A stretch of DNA of 64,000 nt, taken from NCBI GenBank assembly GCA_043808155.1, contig JAZDFD010000023.1, forward strand, positions 1-64,000, written 5' to 3'. The position numbers were made by a program, and so were the translations under genes. Origin of the DNA: Candidatus Iainarchaeum sp. GTDB lineage: Archaea; Iainarchaeota; Iainarchaeia; Iainarchaeales; JAZDFD01. The notes below the pieces were generated by a model. That model ran no database searches. It had not been told where the DNA came from and saw nothing but the letters and a program-made list of their open reading frames with translations. Below are positions 1 to 10,257 of the stretch, piece by piece. Each line of letters opens with the position of its first letter. Position 1 is the first letter of the stretch.

Positions 1-276
1 TGTCACAATATGTCCCCCATCAGGGGATGTTGTTGTTACTCTTGCAGCGCCCTTAGATGTGGTTGTGGTAATTGTTGTCTTCCCATCTTCAGTGGTTGTA
101 AATTCGGTTGTTCCGCCAACCATGCCTGTTGGTGCAGAACATCCTTCAGAAGTTGCAAACTGCAGATTTGCGGGGGCTAAATTAGCTCCGTCAATTCCAT
201 ACTGTTCAAAATACAAAGTATTTGCTAAAACGCCTGTGATTACAAGCAAACTTAAGAAAATCAATTTTTTCGACAT
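1..276 (-). CDS. Secreted/surface protein, N-terminal part (runs off window start)
   Basis: Not in the ORF track. ATG at 276 with GGTGG RBS upstream; open to position 1. Translation MSKKLIFLSLLVITGVLANTLYF...TTTEDGKTTITTTTSKG shows a signal peptide and a Thr-rich segment. Confidence 0.75.
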   Translation of the reverse strand, partial: MSKKLIFLSLLVITGVLANTLYFEQYGIDGANLAPANLQFATSEGCSAPTGMVGGTTEFTTTEDGKTTITTTTSKGAARVTTTSPDGGHIVT

Positions 277-858
277 AAATCCACCTTTAAATTTTTTATT
301 TTTGTTCATTTAATTCCATCAATATAATCTTTTTTACATATTTAAATATACCTATTTTTTGCCTTTTAAGCATAACTTGTTCAATGTTACATTTCTTCTG
401 AATGCCTAGTTTATCATATTTTAAGTATTTTTGATTTTTTATGGCTTTTGGGGATGTTGATGTCTTCTACACTTTGACATACTCTATATTTGTACAATTT
501 ATGTGGTAAATTGTTGTCTAGCATGTTTTAGTATTTGTAGACACCAACCCCCTATTTAATGATAACTTATGAAAAATAAAAGCTTTTTGGATTGCAATAT
601 TAGTGTATATTATTGTTATTTGTTTATTTTGCTTCGTTCTTTTACTTTGATGTGAGGGGGGGGTGGTTGTTTTCCCAGAAATAGTTAAATGGAACTTCGT
701 CGGTTTCAGTTAGTGAGCTTAGTTAGCTTCTTGTTGTCACATCTGCTGATGCAATAGCAGAGTTTTTGTTGGGCTTATTATCAATCTGTTGTGATATCTG
801 CAAAGCCTCTTTTATTGATAAGCATCTCTTTGATGGGGGAGATCACAATTCAGTATTA

Positions 859-1344
859 TTACACGCTAAAAAACATCAATAAAACAGGTATTGCGATTGA
901 AAGAACAGAAGCAACTACAACATAAATCATAATTGGTTTTTTATGGTCGAAGAAATTATCTTTTCCCTGCATATCTCTTCTCAGATAAATCCCTGCCAAA
1001 ACACCGGCATATGATGCAAGAAGTACAGGTGCTGCAAGAAGAAAATTAAGCTGGTTTTGTGCAAAAACTGCACCCTGCATCATCCCAACTGCAAACATTA
1101 TAATTGGTGCAACATAACCAAAAAACAGCATTGAAAAAACAAATACTGTTAAAGTAAGAAAAAAAGAATCAATAACCGGATGGACTGACATCATTGGTTC
1201 TAATGAAATACCCACAACTAATGAGACCGCAATCCCTGCAAGCCAGCAGCACGCAACAATTAAGTAAAGAATTTTCACATTCCCTTTCATTACTGTAGGG
1301 TCATCTGTCTTCTTTTGTGATTCGCCTGCTTTTGGAATTGTCAT
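859..1344 (-). CDS. Integral membrane protein (4-5 TM), loosely SpoIIM/DUF95-like
   Basis: 161 aa, mostly hydrophobic helices; starts 13 bp after the 2343-aa gene on the same strand, so probably co-transcribed. Confidence 0.7.
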   Translation of the reverse strand: MTIPKAGESQKKTDDPTVMKGNVKILYLIVACCWLAGIAVSLVVGISLEPMMSVHPVIDSFFLTLTVFVFSMLFFGYVAPIIMFAVGMMQGAVFAQNQLNFLLAAPVLLASYAGVLAGIYLRRDMQGKDNFFDHKKPIMIYVVVASVLSIAIPVLLMFFSV

Positions 1345-1356
1345 CTTTATGCACCA

Positions 1357-4300
1357 TTAGTTTGCAATATTGTAGAACTTGTCTGAGTTCCAGTAAATCT
1401 TGAAAACATCTGAACTTGCTTCACTTACACAGATTTTTTCAGTTTTAATAAGTTCAAGATATTTCTCAATTGAATAATAGTTAACCATTTGTGTATTATT
1501 CAGTTCAAGAACTGCATTGTCACCTGTGATATTTCTGCTTACATTTGCTGTGTCTGTTTTTCCAGTTACACTGCTTCCTTCAGGTGTGAATTCTCTTGAA
1601 CTTAAACTGTGTTCTGAACCTGAACAGAGCATTCTGAGTTTTGTTGGAACATTAATTGGTACGTATGCAATTGCTCTTTTGTTTGCCGAAATATTTCCTG
1701 ACAAACCATATTCATCTGTTGAAATATTATTACATACTCTTACAATATTTGTTCCGCTTTCTTTACGGTCTTTCAGAAGTGTACCATTTTTCCATTGCAG
1801 TAAGAAAATATCCCCCGCTTCCGGATCCATTTCATAGAACATACCTGAAGTTTCATTTGAAATTCTTGCAAGTACATTTACTGGTGAGGATGGTTCATAA
1901 TTGAATGTACTTCCATTTACTGTTAGAACCCATCCATCTCTAACATCATTGAAGCTTTCGCTGAAATTACTCATGCTTTCTGCAAGTTTTGCAACTCCAC
2001 CCTGAATTCCGCCAGTTTGTGAAATTATCATCGACTCTTTCCCGTCCGCAATTCCTGCATTAAGTGCTTTGAAGAAGAAAATATTGTTAGTGTATTCTTT
2101 TCCTTCTCCCTGAATATTTCCAAGCTCATTGCGGTCTTTAACATTCATTAGTTTGAAAGAAGCATCTCCTTCCCATTCATAATTCAAAAACAAGTAATGT
2201 TTTCCTGCTTTATCATTAATTGAACTGTCACCTGTCAGATTCCAGTTTTCAAATCCAATGGCATCTAGTTCACCATTGTCATAACTTAAATATCTGGTTC
2301 TGAATTTGCTTTTGCTGTATTGTCCCGCGTCTCCGTAATTATCTTTGATTAAGTATGAATCAAATCTCAAATTCTCTTTCCAGAATTTAAATGAATCAGT
2401 AATTCCCTCTTTGTCCTGTGCGTTTTGCATTATACTGACTATTTCTTCTTCGTGTTCTCTAATGTGCAGAGTGCTCTTAGCACGCATTCCCACATGGAAT
2501 GTTATGTTGTTGTAAATTTTCTGTAGCAATGAAGCAGTTACTGTAACTTCACTATCAAAAATAGTAACTGTACAACTGTCTGCACCTAAACAGCTTGGTC
2601 CTGCTGCTACAAGTGCATTGTGCAGTGACTGATACTCATTGAATGTAATAACATGTTTATTGAAATTAGTTGGTTTTCCTGCTTGCAGTGTCTCAAGTTC
2701 AGTTTTTTCTTCAGTTGTGAATTTAGTCCCAGTAGTATCAATAATCCCAATAATATCTTTCTCATCTGCGTTTGCTGAACCTTCAACAGCAGTCATCAGT
2801 GTTTCCATTGCAGTTACAACACTAGGCATATCAGTATATGTGTCTTTGATTCTTTGTGCTTCTATAAATTCACTGTCATTAATATTAAGTTTTTCATTTT
2901 CTAAAATTTCATCACTATTTTTCAGGAAGAACAGATAACTTTCGCCTGTTGCATCATCAGTTACTTTCATAAGTTTCTTAACCCATAAATACAAATGTTC
3001 TGTATCTTTGAAGTTTGCAATTGTTTCAAATCCTGTGGCAGACGAAATTGTTTCGCTTGAATTTAATGAACTTCCATTTCCAATGAAGTCTTTAATTGCT
3101 TTTCCTTTTTGTGAAAGTGAAATACTGAACTGGGTTGCGTCACAGAACTTTTTAGTTGTTTGATTTGTGATTTCCATTTCATCACAAATGTTCTTTGTTA
3201 CATCGCTCCATTTCCAACTGAACAATAATCTGTCAAATCCATATTTATTGTAAACATTCTCACCTGTTTGTGTAGCGTCACAACTGCTCATTATGCCTAT
3301 TCCGCCGTCACCTGCTGGAAGTGGTTCTTCTGTTCCGTCTGGACCCTGTTGGTTTGAATCAACTGTAAGTCCAAATTCCTCCAGTCTCCACAAATCTTCA
3401 ATTATGATTGGGAAATCACTCTGACTGTTTCCAAACTGCTGTCTGAAATTAACATGCACATTTCCCCGTACATTAACATAGTAAACCATTGCCTGTACAG
3501 TCGCTCGTAAAAATCCCAAAGACGCCTTTGGATTTTCATTAAGTGTTTTTGCAACTTCCTGTCTGAATGCTAAGTTAGGTTTAACTTCAAATGAAACAAC
3601 TTGTTCATGTCCGTTAGAACCTGAACTCATTCTTTCACCCATAAACCATGAAGGCTGTTCAAGTATTGGACAGCTGCTCATACCGCCGCTTGGAATCCCC
3701 CCTATTGCACCACTGTATGCTGGATTTGAAAGATCTCCGCCCAAGTTTGGAACATTACATGAAATTTCAATTCCGTCAGAGCCTGTTGCAATTCTGATAC
3801 CCATGTCATAACAATAATTGTAAACTTCTAATTTCGCAGCTCTTCCAAATGGGTCTGTTAATGCAATTTTGCTTGGAGGAATTATTTTTATACAGTCTCC
3901 ACTCTGCAAAAGATCTTCAAAGTAAGTAACAATGATTTTTAATTCATCAACTAATTTAAATTTGTCTTTTGAACCATCAAGTCGTGCCTTAACTTTCAAT
4001 GGGTAAATTCCCATCTTCTGACTTGCGTTAAGTACCACATCTTTTTCTTCATTTGATTCTAATGTAAATGAACTTTCATCAGTTGTTATTGCTGGAACAA
4101 GTTCCAAATTAATTTCAACTGGTGCAGTGCATTCATTTACAATTCTGAAACCATCTGTGCTGTATGAACTCTGTGACATTTGCTGATTGTATGATGTTGT
4201 GTCTGCTGCGCCACTTGGCAAATAACTATTGCCGCCAGTAAACATTCCTGCCCAACCCATACTTGGGTTTTGGCCATAAGTGTAAACACTTGAGTCATAC

Positions 4301-7300
4301 TGACTTTGAGGATAAGGTGTATTGTAACCCTGTGAAGGGGTCATTGAGCTTCCATAACCAGGTAATGAATACTGCATACCGGGATCATATCCACCGCCAT
4401 ATCCATAAGCATCTGGAATTCCACCTGCAGCTGGATTATAACCATAATTTTGATATTGGTTCCAGCCCAAATTAGTTGGTGCAATTGTGAGTGTAATTTC
4501 TTTATTACCCACAATTTTAACACATTCTGCAAGATTGTTTATTGAAAGTTCAATTGGTGCACTGACTTCTATTTTTTCATTTCCATCAGGTGTACTGTTT
4601 GTTGCTCTTACTACAAGTTTGACATCACTTGCAGATGATTCAACATCTTCATCAGGTGTGAATGTAAATTCAATCTCTCCGCTGAAGTTCTTATTCATAA
4701 GTGGAGCAAACACTTCAAAGTTTTCACGTATTTCCATCCCTTCTGCTCCAAAGTCAATACTTTCTGCTTTGAAAACACCTGAAATATTTTCATTTTCAGA
4801 TTCAATTGCTAATTCAAGATTTCTCAGAACAATTGGTATTTCATTAACTGTACAATTATTTTTGATTTTAAATGTCATTGATTTAGCTTCTGTTTCTGTT
4901 ATAATTACCCAATCAACTGGTTCAATTTCAATACATCTGCTGTCATCAACTTCATTTCCTAAGCCAATTCTAACTTCAACAGGAATATTTGTGAACCATG
5001 ATTTTTCTGAATCTTTATTTGTTACATAAATTGTAAAGGTTCCTTCTAATTTTGTTGGTTCTTCAATTAGTTTTCCTTTATCTGTTAATTCAATTGTGAA
5101 ATCAAGCTGCATCTGCCCATCCCTTAATGTTGAATCTTCATCTTCTTCAGTTGATTCAATTGTGTTTTCTTTTTTTGGTGCAATATCCACATCTAAATAA
5201 TCATCATCAAGACTGAATCTTACCCTTCCTTCAAAGTCATTACTGAATTCAAGATCCTGAATTGTCATAGGTATTGGTGTGTAATTCTCAACTAACACTG
5301 ATACATGCAATTCATCATCAACTGATGCATCAAACCTTTCCCGGATTTCACTTGGAGTTACAAACAAAACATCTTCATTAAGTTTTATTTCTGTTTCAAT
5401 TTTTTTGTAACCACGTTTCTCTGCAATTACTTTTATAGTGCCGGGTGAAGGTGCCTGCAGCATATAAGGATAAATTCCTTCTGAATCTGTTTCGCCAATT
5501 GTAATAAGTTCATCTTCATAGTAAATGCTTACCTGAACTGCACTTAATTTTCTTTCCTCTTCACCAGTGCCTGTTGAAACTTCAACAAGCATCATATTGT
5601 CAATAAACGGAACCAATGCTTTTGGAAGAATTTCCATATGCATTTCTTTTGATGCTTCAACATCAATCACAATGTTTCTGTTAAACACTTCTTCTTTTCC
5701 TGATTTGATTATTATGTTCAGAGTGTTTGCACCTTCTTTCTCTGTTTTGAAAGAAACAGTTCCTACAACAACGGAACCCTGTCCAATATCTCCTGCAGAT
5801 TCAGTTATTTCATAAGCTGATTCGTCTGAATTGTGTGAAATTCCGTCTGCACCTCTTATGTTGTAATTATCAAATCTTAAACTGTCACCTGAACTTCTTA
5901 TTTCAATGCTTGAATTTGCAAGAAGTTTTTCCGAGATACTTGAAATGCTGAATTCTAAATTATACAATGAACTGTTTTTTGCAGGATATGATTCAAGAAC
6001 AACGCTTTTTGTTTCTCTTTCAACATCCTCAATTGAAAAGCTTTTGCAGAAATTATTTCCGCATAAATTTGAAGGCCCGATACTGTACTGCATTAGGTTT
6101 GCATTTGCATAAAGTGCCTGTCTCATTCCTGTGCTTTCGCTGTCGCCTAATGTTTCGTCATAGGGATCTCTTACATAGCTCCCAGATTTAGCCCATCCCC
6201 TGTACCATAATTTAAGAGTTTCTCCGACACTTGCAGAGTCTTTTACAACTACTTCTGCAATCATGTCATAGACGCCGGCATCAATATCTTTCCACACAAC
6301 ATTTACCCATTTTGCATCCCCTGTTGTTAATTTACCTGAATCAAGTGAATATCCATTTGAAGGTGTGTATGATGTCCCTTTTAATTTCCATTTTGAAGAT
6401 GAAAAGATTTCTCTTATTAAAATACTGTCTTCTTCCAATGTGCTTGTTCTATCTTCTGAGTCATTTCCAACTCTAAAATGAACCCCCCCTTCTCTGTATG
6501 CTGCACCTTTAGGAATCTTAAGTCTGAACATTGCATTATATTTCTGCCCCTGTGAAAGCGTATTGTTAGAAACAATTTCACCATTTAAATAAAGCCCGAC
6601 AAATTCAAGTTCTACTGAACTTACATCAGTATCTAATGTAAAACTAACTGGCACAATTGTGTTGTCTACTCCGTACATTGGTATTGAATGATATTTCAAA
6701 TAACCAGGTGCATCAACTTCAAAATAAACTGTCCTGTCCAGTCGCAAATCAAATATTTTCTTTCCCTGTGCATCTGAAATTCCGGAATCAAATTCATCGT
6801 CTGTTGCTAAATCAATCATTGTTATTTCTGCGCTCTGAATTGGCTGTTTTTCAGAATCCAAAACATTTATTTCTACGCTTCCAAAACCAATTGGTAAAAT
6901 TAATTCAACATTTGAAATTTGTTTTGGCAAAACCTGAATTGCTTCGCTTTTAACACTGTCAAATCCTGTTTTCATTGCTTCAACATGATAAAATCCTGCA
7001 GGCAGATTTCTGAAATTAACTAAACCGTCAAATCCTGTTGTAAGCATATTTCCGACAAGTGTGCCGTCTGATTTCATTAAACTTACTTTTGCATCTTCTA
7101 TTGGTTTGTTATGTGAATCTAAAACAGAAACATTTATTGCCTGTGAATTTTCAGATGTTGCTTTCTTAAGATAAACTGTCATGGTTGTTTGATTTTGGAG
7201 AACCTCTGATGTTGCAATTAAATAATCCGGATGATTAATTTCTAAATTGTGTCTTACATTAACATCTAATTCAAAAGTAACTTTTCCGTCGCTGTTAGTG

Positions 7301-8388
7301 TATCCTGCAGCTACTTCTTCATTATTGAGAATAAGTCTTACTGGTGCATCTTTTATTTTTTTGCTAGTGGTTTCATCAAGAACAGTCACTTCTAAAGTTC
7401 CCGCAATCGTTCTTATCATATTTGCAGTGAATGTGTTTTCAGAAGTTGCAGACACAGCTTTTGTTGGTGAAGTAAATAATGCATAATCTCCGTGAATGTC
7501 TGATGCAACAATATAATATGAGTTTTCTTCAACTTCCTGAAAGCGTATTGTTCCGCCAAATCCTGTTTCGCCTTTATTTTTTTCAATACCAGTTGAAGTT
7601 TTTAATGAAACAGTAATTCCTTCAAGTGCGTTGCCTTCGTTATCCATTATCTGCACTAAAACATTTGCTTTTGGTTTTTGTGCTCCCTGAAGTTGAACAA
7701 TTGGAGTTGAATAATTTTGCCAATCAATTAAGCCCCCAGAACCCTGAAAGTTTGAATTTAAAACATCTGCATAAAATGAATTACACCCTGCAGGAATTTC
7801 GATATCAATTTCTCCGTTATAAACAGTTTTAGTTTCATCATATTCTGTGTTTCCACAATAAAATCTAACTTGTAAAGATTCACTTACCATATATCCTGTT
7901 GTACTATCTTTGAACTGAATTGTCGTCATATGCGAAGTAATTTCACTAAGGGTTGCGTAAGTAGTTGTTTCTCCAGTTTCAAAAACGGTTATCCCCCCAC
8001 TATATTCGGAATAACCTTCTTTTGTGGCAGTTATGTTTGCATATCCCCCGCCATCAATAAAGAATTTTGCTTTACCTTCTGAATCAGATGTTTCTGTAAA
8101 TGTTTTACCTTCAACAACAGCTGTGACAGTTGCACCTGATATGGGATTGTCACTCAAAGTGCTTACTTCAACAATTAAATTATACTGGTCTGTGGAGGGT
8201 TGTATCATACCCATTATCAGCCATCCGCTTCCAATGACTAATAGTAAAACAATAAGCACTGCTAATGGGAAGCTTGGAATACCCGCTTTTTCAATTCCAT
8301 CAACAACTCCGTATAGATGAACACCTTTATCATCAAGCCAATCAAGAAAGCCATACCACTTATCTTCCATGCTTTGATAAATACCCAT
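1357..8388 (-). CDS. Giant membrane-anchored surface protein (2343 aa) with tandem carboxypeptidase-regulatory-like/Ig-like beta-sandwich repeats
   Basis: N-terminal TM (PSFPLAVLIVLLLVIGSGWLIMG); repeated 'V.V.D....PI..A.V.L......TD..G...F' units; paralogous to 10258..18972. Confidence 0.85.
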   Translation of the reverse strand: MGIYQSMEDKWYGFLDWLDDKGVHLYGVVDGIEKAGIPSFPLAVLIVLLLVIGSGWLIMGMIQPSTDQYNLIVEVSTLSDNPISGATVTAVVEGKTFTETSDSEGKAKFFIDGGGYANITATKEGYSEYSGGITVFETGETTTYATLSEITSHMTTIQFKDSTTGYMVSESLQVRFYCGNTEYDETKTVYNGEIDIEIPAGCNSFYADVLNSNFQGSGGLIDWQNYSTPIVQLQGAQKPKANVLVQIMDNEGNALEGITVSLKTSTGIEKNKGETGFGGTIRFQEVEENSYYIVASDIHGDYALFTSPTKAVSATSENTFTANMIRTIAGTLEVTVLDETTSKKIKDAPVRLILNNEEVAAGYTNSDGKVTFELDVNVRHNLEINHPDYLIATSEVLQNQTTMTVYLKKATSENSQAINVSVLDSHNKPIEDAKVSLMKSDGTLVGNMLTTGFDGLVNFRNLPAGFYHVEAMKTGFDSVKSEAIQVLPKQISNVELILPIGFGSVEINVLDSEKQPIQSAEITMIDLATDDEFDSGISDAQGKKIFDLRLDRTVYFEVDAPGYLKYHSIPMYGVDNTIVPVSFTLDTDVSSVELEFVGLYLNGEIVSNNTLSQGQKYNAMFRLKIPKGAAYREGGVHFRVGNDSEDRTSTLEEDSILIREIFSSSKWKLKGTSYTPSNGYSLDSGKLTTGDAKWVNVVWKDIDAGVYDMIAEVVVKDSASVGETLKLWYRGWAKSGSYVRDPYDETLGDSESTGMRQALYANANLMQYSIGPSNLCGNNFCKSFSIEDVERETKSVVLESYPAKNSSLYNLEFSISSISEKLLANSSIEIRSSGDSLRFDNYNIRGADGISHNSDESAYEITESAGDIGQGSVVVGTVSFKTEKEGANTLNIIIKSGKEEVFNRNIVIDVEASKEMHMEILPKALVPFIDNMMLVEVSTGTGEEERKLSAVQVSIYYEDELITIGETDSEGIYPYMLQAPSPGTIKVIAEKRGYKKIETEIKLNEDVLFVTPSEIRERFDASVDDELHVSVLVENYTPIPMTIQDLEFSNDFEGRVRFSLDDDYLDVDIAPKKENTIESTEEDEDSTLRDGQMQLDFTIELTDKGKLIEEPTKLEGTFTIYVTNKDSEKSWFTNIPVEVRIGLGNEVDDSRCIEIEPVDWVIITETEAKSMTFKIKNNCTVNEIPIVLRNLELAIESENENISGVFKAESIDFGAEGMEIRENFEVFAPLMNKNFSGEIEFTFTPDEDVESSASDVKLVVRATNSTPDGNEKIEVSAPIELSINNLAECVKIVGNKEITLTIAPTNLGWNQYQNYGYNPAAGGIPDAYGYGGGYDPGMQYSLPGYGSSMTPSQGYNTPYPQSQYDSSVYTYGQNPSMGWAGMFTGGNSYLPSGAADTTSYNQQMSQSSYSTDGFRIVNECTAPVEINLELVPAITTDESSFTLESNEEKDVVLNASQKMGIYPLKVKARLDGSKDKFKLVDELKIIVTYFEDLLQSGDCIKIIPPSKIALTDPFGRAAKLEVYNYCYDMGIRIATGSDGIEISCNVPNLGGDLSNPAYSGAIGGIPSGGMSSCPILEQPSWFMGERMSSGSNGHEQVVSFEVKPNLAFRQEVAKTLNENPKASLGFLRATVQAMVYYVNVRGNVHVNFRQQFGNSQSDFPIIIEDLWRLEEFGLTVDSNQQGPDGTEEPLPAGDGGIGIMSSCDATQTGENVYNKYGFDRLLFSWKWSDVTKNICDEMEITNQTTKKFCDATQFSISLSQKGKAIKDFIGNGSSLNSSETISSATGFETIANFKDTEHLYLWVKKLMKVTDDATGESYLFFLKNSDEILENEKLNINDSEFIEAQRIKDTYTDMPSVVTAMETLMTAVEGSANADEKDIIGIIDTTGTKFTTEEKTELETLQAGKPTNFNKHVITFNEYQSLHNALVAAGPSCLGADSCTVTIFDSEVTVTASLLQKIYNNITFHVGMRAKSTLHIREHEEEIVSIMQNAQDKEGITDSFKFWKENLRFDSYLIKDNYGDAGQYSKSKFRTRYLSYDNGELDAIGFENWNLTGDSSINDKAGKHYLFLNYEWEGDASFKLMNVKDRNELGNIQGEGKEYTNNIFFFKALNAGIADGKESMIISQTGGIQGGVAKLAESMSNFSESFNDVRDGWVLTVNGSTFNYEPSSPVNVLARISNETSGMFYEMDPEAGDIFLLQWKNGTLLKDRKESGTNIVRVCNNISTDEYGLSGNISANKRAIAYVPINVPTKLRMLCSGSEHSLSSREFTPEGSSVTGKTDTANVSRNITGDNAVLELNNTQMVNYYSIEKYLELIKTEKICVSEASSDVFKIYWNSDKFYNIAN

Positions 8389-8520
8389 TTTCCAATCGCC
8401 TGCCCTAGCTAGAGTTATTTCCTAATATATTTGGTTCATTAATCTATATTAACTTAGCGTGTAAGCTTATTTTTAACTAAAAGTCTTTCCGGATATATAA
8501 ACTTATTTATTCAAAATTAG

Positions 8521-10212
8521 TCATTCTGTTTTTGGGGAGCATTGTATTGCTGCTGCTGCTCCGCCTGCTGCTCCTGGTGCAGGACTTGGCTCAAATCCCT
8601 GCTGATAACATTTCCAATCGTCATTATCATAACTGCATCCGTGAGACTTTACACTCCCAAATAAACAAGTCGAACTATTCAGCCCCACTGGTTTCAATGT
8701 AGGATCAAATGTTCTATACCTGTTATCCTGAATCTCAACTGTGAATTTAACAACATTGCTTGGGTCATTAACAACTTTATATTTTGGATTTTCCTCAACA
8801 AAAACAAGCTCTGCAACAACTCCCGTAACTTCTGCACATTCTGCATATTCAACACCAGTTGTTACAGAAGATGAACAACTTGCACTTGCAGCTGTATAAT
8901 ATTCTGTGTTTTCAGCTGTTCCGAACAAAGCTGCATTTGGATTGTCAAAACCATTATTCTGGCTTATAGGGCAAATGCCTGAGTTGTAACTTCCAATAGC
9001 GGGATTAGGAACATCTTTCAATAAATTGCCTGTATTATGAATCTGCTTTGACGCTTTTGGATTCACCTGAACTGTCAGGTCACTTAATTTTGAAGGCATT
9101 CCGCAAATAGCGGGACTATCACTTTCTAAAATTATAAAATCCCCATAATCTGCATTTAATGCATCATTAAGAGCTGTAATTTCGCAGACTCTTGCCTTTA
9201 CTAATTCTGCAAGTTGTATATTCTTTGTTGCTGAGGTATAAGTTCCACCATTATCCATTGTAACTTCTGAAGTTCCGTTGCATTTGTTTTCCCATTCTTT
9301 TGCATCAGGCGGCATGTAAGGATTTGTTCTTGGTGCGCAGTAACCTTTATCACAAAAACCAAGTTTCATTTCTTCAATTTCATTATGAACACGAGGAGAA
9401 AGCAGACCATTATTTTGTGACAAATTATTAAGTTCATTATAATTCAGTGCAGCATCTCTTGCAATTGCAAGTGCTTTAAAAAGTCTTAACGGAACATAAA
9501 TTCTTAAATCATGCCTCGGGATAATTCCAATTTTTACAAATTCATTTGTTGAATTATCAACAATTTTTAAAACAGGAGCTTGCTCATAATCTTCATCAGT
9601 AATTTTGCTTCCTGCAAATGTAATGTAAAAAGTGCCCAGATCACAATTGTCCGGATCTCCATTTTCACAACCAATAACTTCAAAAAATTCACCTGCAAGC
9701 GCACTTTCATCCATCGTTGTTCCAATAACTTCTTTAAGTGGATCTGCATTATTTGGATTTTGAAAATAACTCATATCCACATCTCTATCTTCAAGTTTCA
9801 TAGTGTAATTTCCAAAACTCGTTGTTGCTCTGAAATAAGATCTTAAATTACGTGCCAATTTCCAAGCGAACGAATCACCTTTGTTTATACCACCCCCAAA
9901 ATATGTTATTGCATACTCTTTTTGTAAATCATCCCAGTTTCTTAAAACAGTTGGGTCATCCATGAGATATGTTCCTCCGCTTTCTGTAATCCAATCTTCA
10001 ATATAATATCTTACAAAATAATTGAAAATCTGCAGTGCATCTGCTCTTGTAATATGTGCTACTGCATATAATTTAGATTGTGATTCCAATCTTGCAATTG
10101 TTGAAATAACAGTGTCTTCAGAACTAAGCATACTTTGCACTAAAAGAATTGTAAGCATAATTAGCACAAATGCAACTAATGCAGTAAAAAGATTGAAAGC
10201 ACGCTGATTCAT
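8521..10212 (-). CDS. Large pilin-like/adhesin protein with class III-type signal peptide (563 aa)
   Basis: MNQRA|FNLFTALVAFVLIMLTILLV: basic leader, R-A cleavage site and hydrophobic helix; Cys-rich extracellular body. Confidence 0.7.
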   Translation of the reverse strand: MNQRAFNLFTALVAFVLIMLTILLVQSMLSSEDTVISTIARLESQSKLYAVAHITRADALQIFNYFVRYYIEDWITESGGTYLMDDPTVLRNWDDLQKEYAITYFGGGINKGDSFAWKLARNLRSYFRATTSFGNYTMKLEDRDVDMSYFQNPNNADPLKEVIGTTMDESALAGEFFEVIGCENGDPDNCDLGTFYITFAGSKITDEDYEQAPVLKIVDNSTNEFVKIGIIPRHDLRIYVPLRLFKALAIARDAALNYNELNNLSQNNGLLSPRVHNEIEEMKLGFCDKGYCAPRTNPYMPPDAKEWENKCNGTSEVTMDNGGTYTSATKNIQLAELVKARVCEITALNDALNADYGDFIILESDSPAICGMPSKLSDLTVQVNPKASKQIHNTGNLLKDVPNPAIGSYNSGICPISQNNGFDNPNAALFGTAENTEYYTAASASCSSSVTTGVEYAECAEVTGVVAELVFVEENPKYKVVNDPSNVVKFTVEIQDNRYRTFDPTLKPVGLNSSTCLFGSVKSHGCSYDNDDWKCYQQGFEPSPAPGAAGGAAAAIQCSPKTE

Positions 10213-10257
10213 TTAAATCAGAAACAATAAGTGTTAAGGGAGTATAAAAACTTTGAG

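Noticed and set aside
59-313. + strand 84-aa ORF and the many short ORFs antisense to long genes
   Set aside because: These are shadow ORFs of real genes on the opposite strand; here the - strand gene has an RBS and a signal peptide.
277-858. Long intergenic gap with a G8 run (656-663) and short hydrophobic or pilin-leader-like fragments (MLINKRGF)
   Set aside because: Stops occur in all frames and no single indel restores a coherent gene; it may be a decayed gene but this is not supportable.
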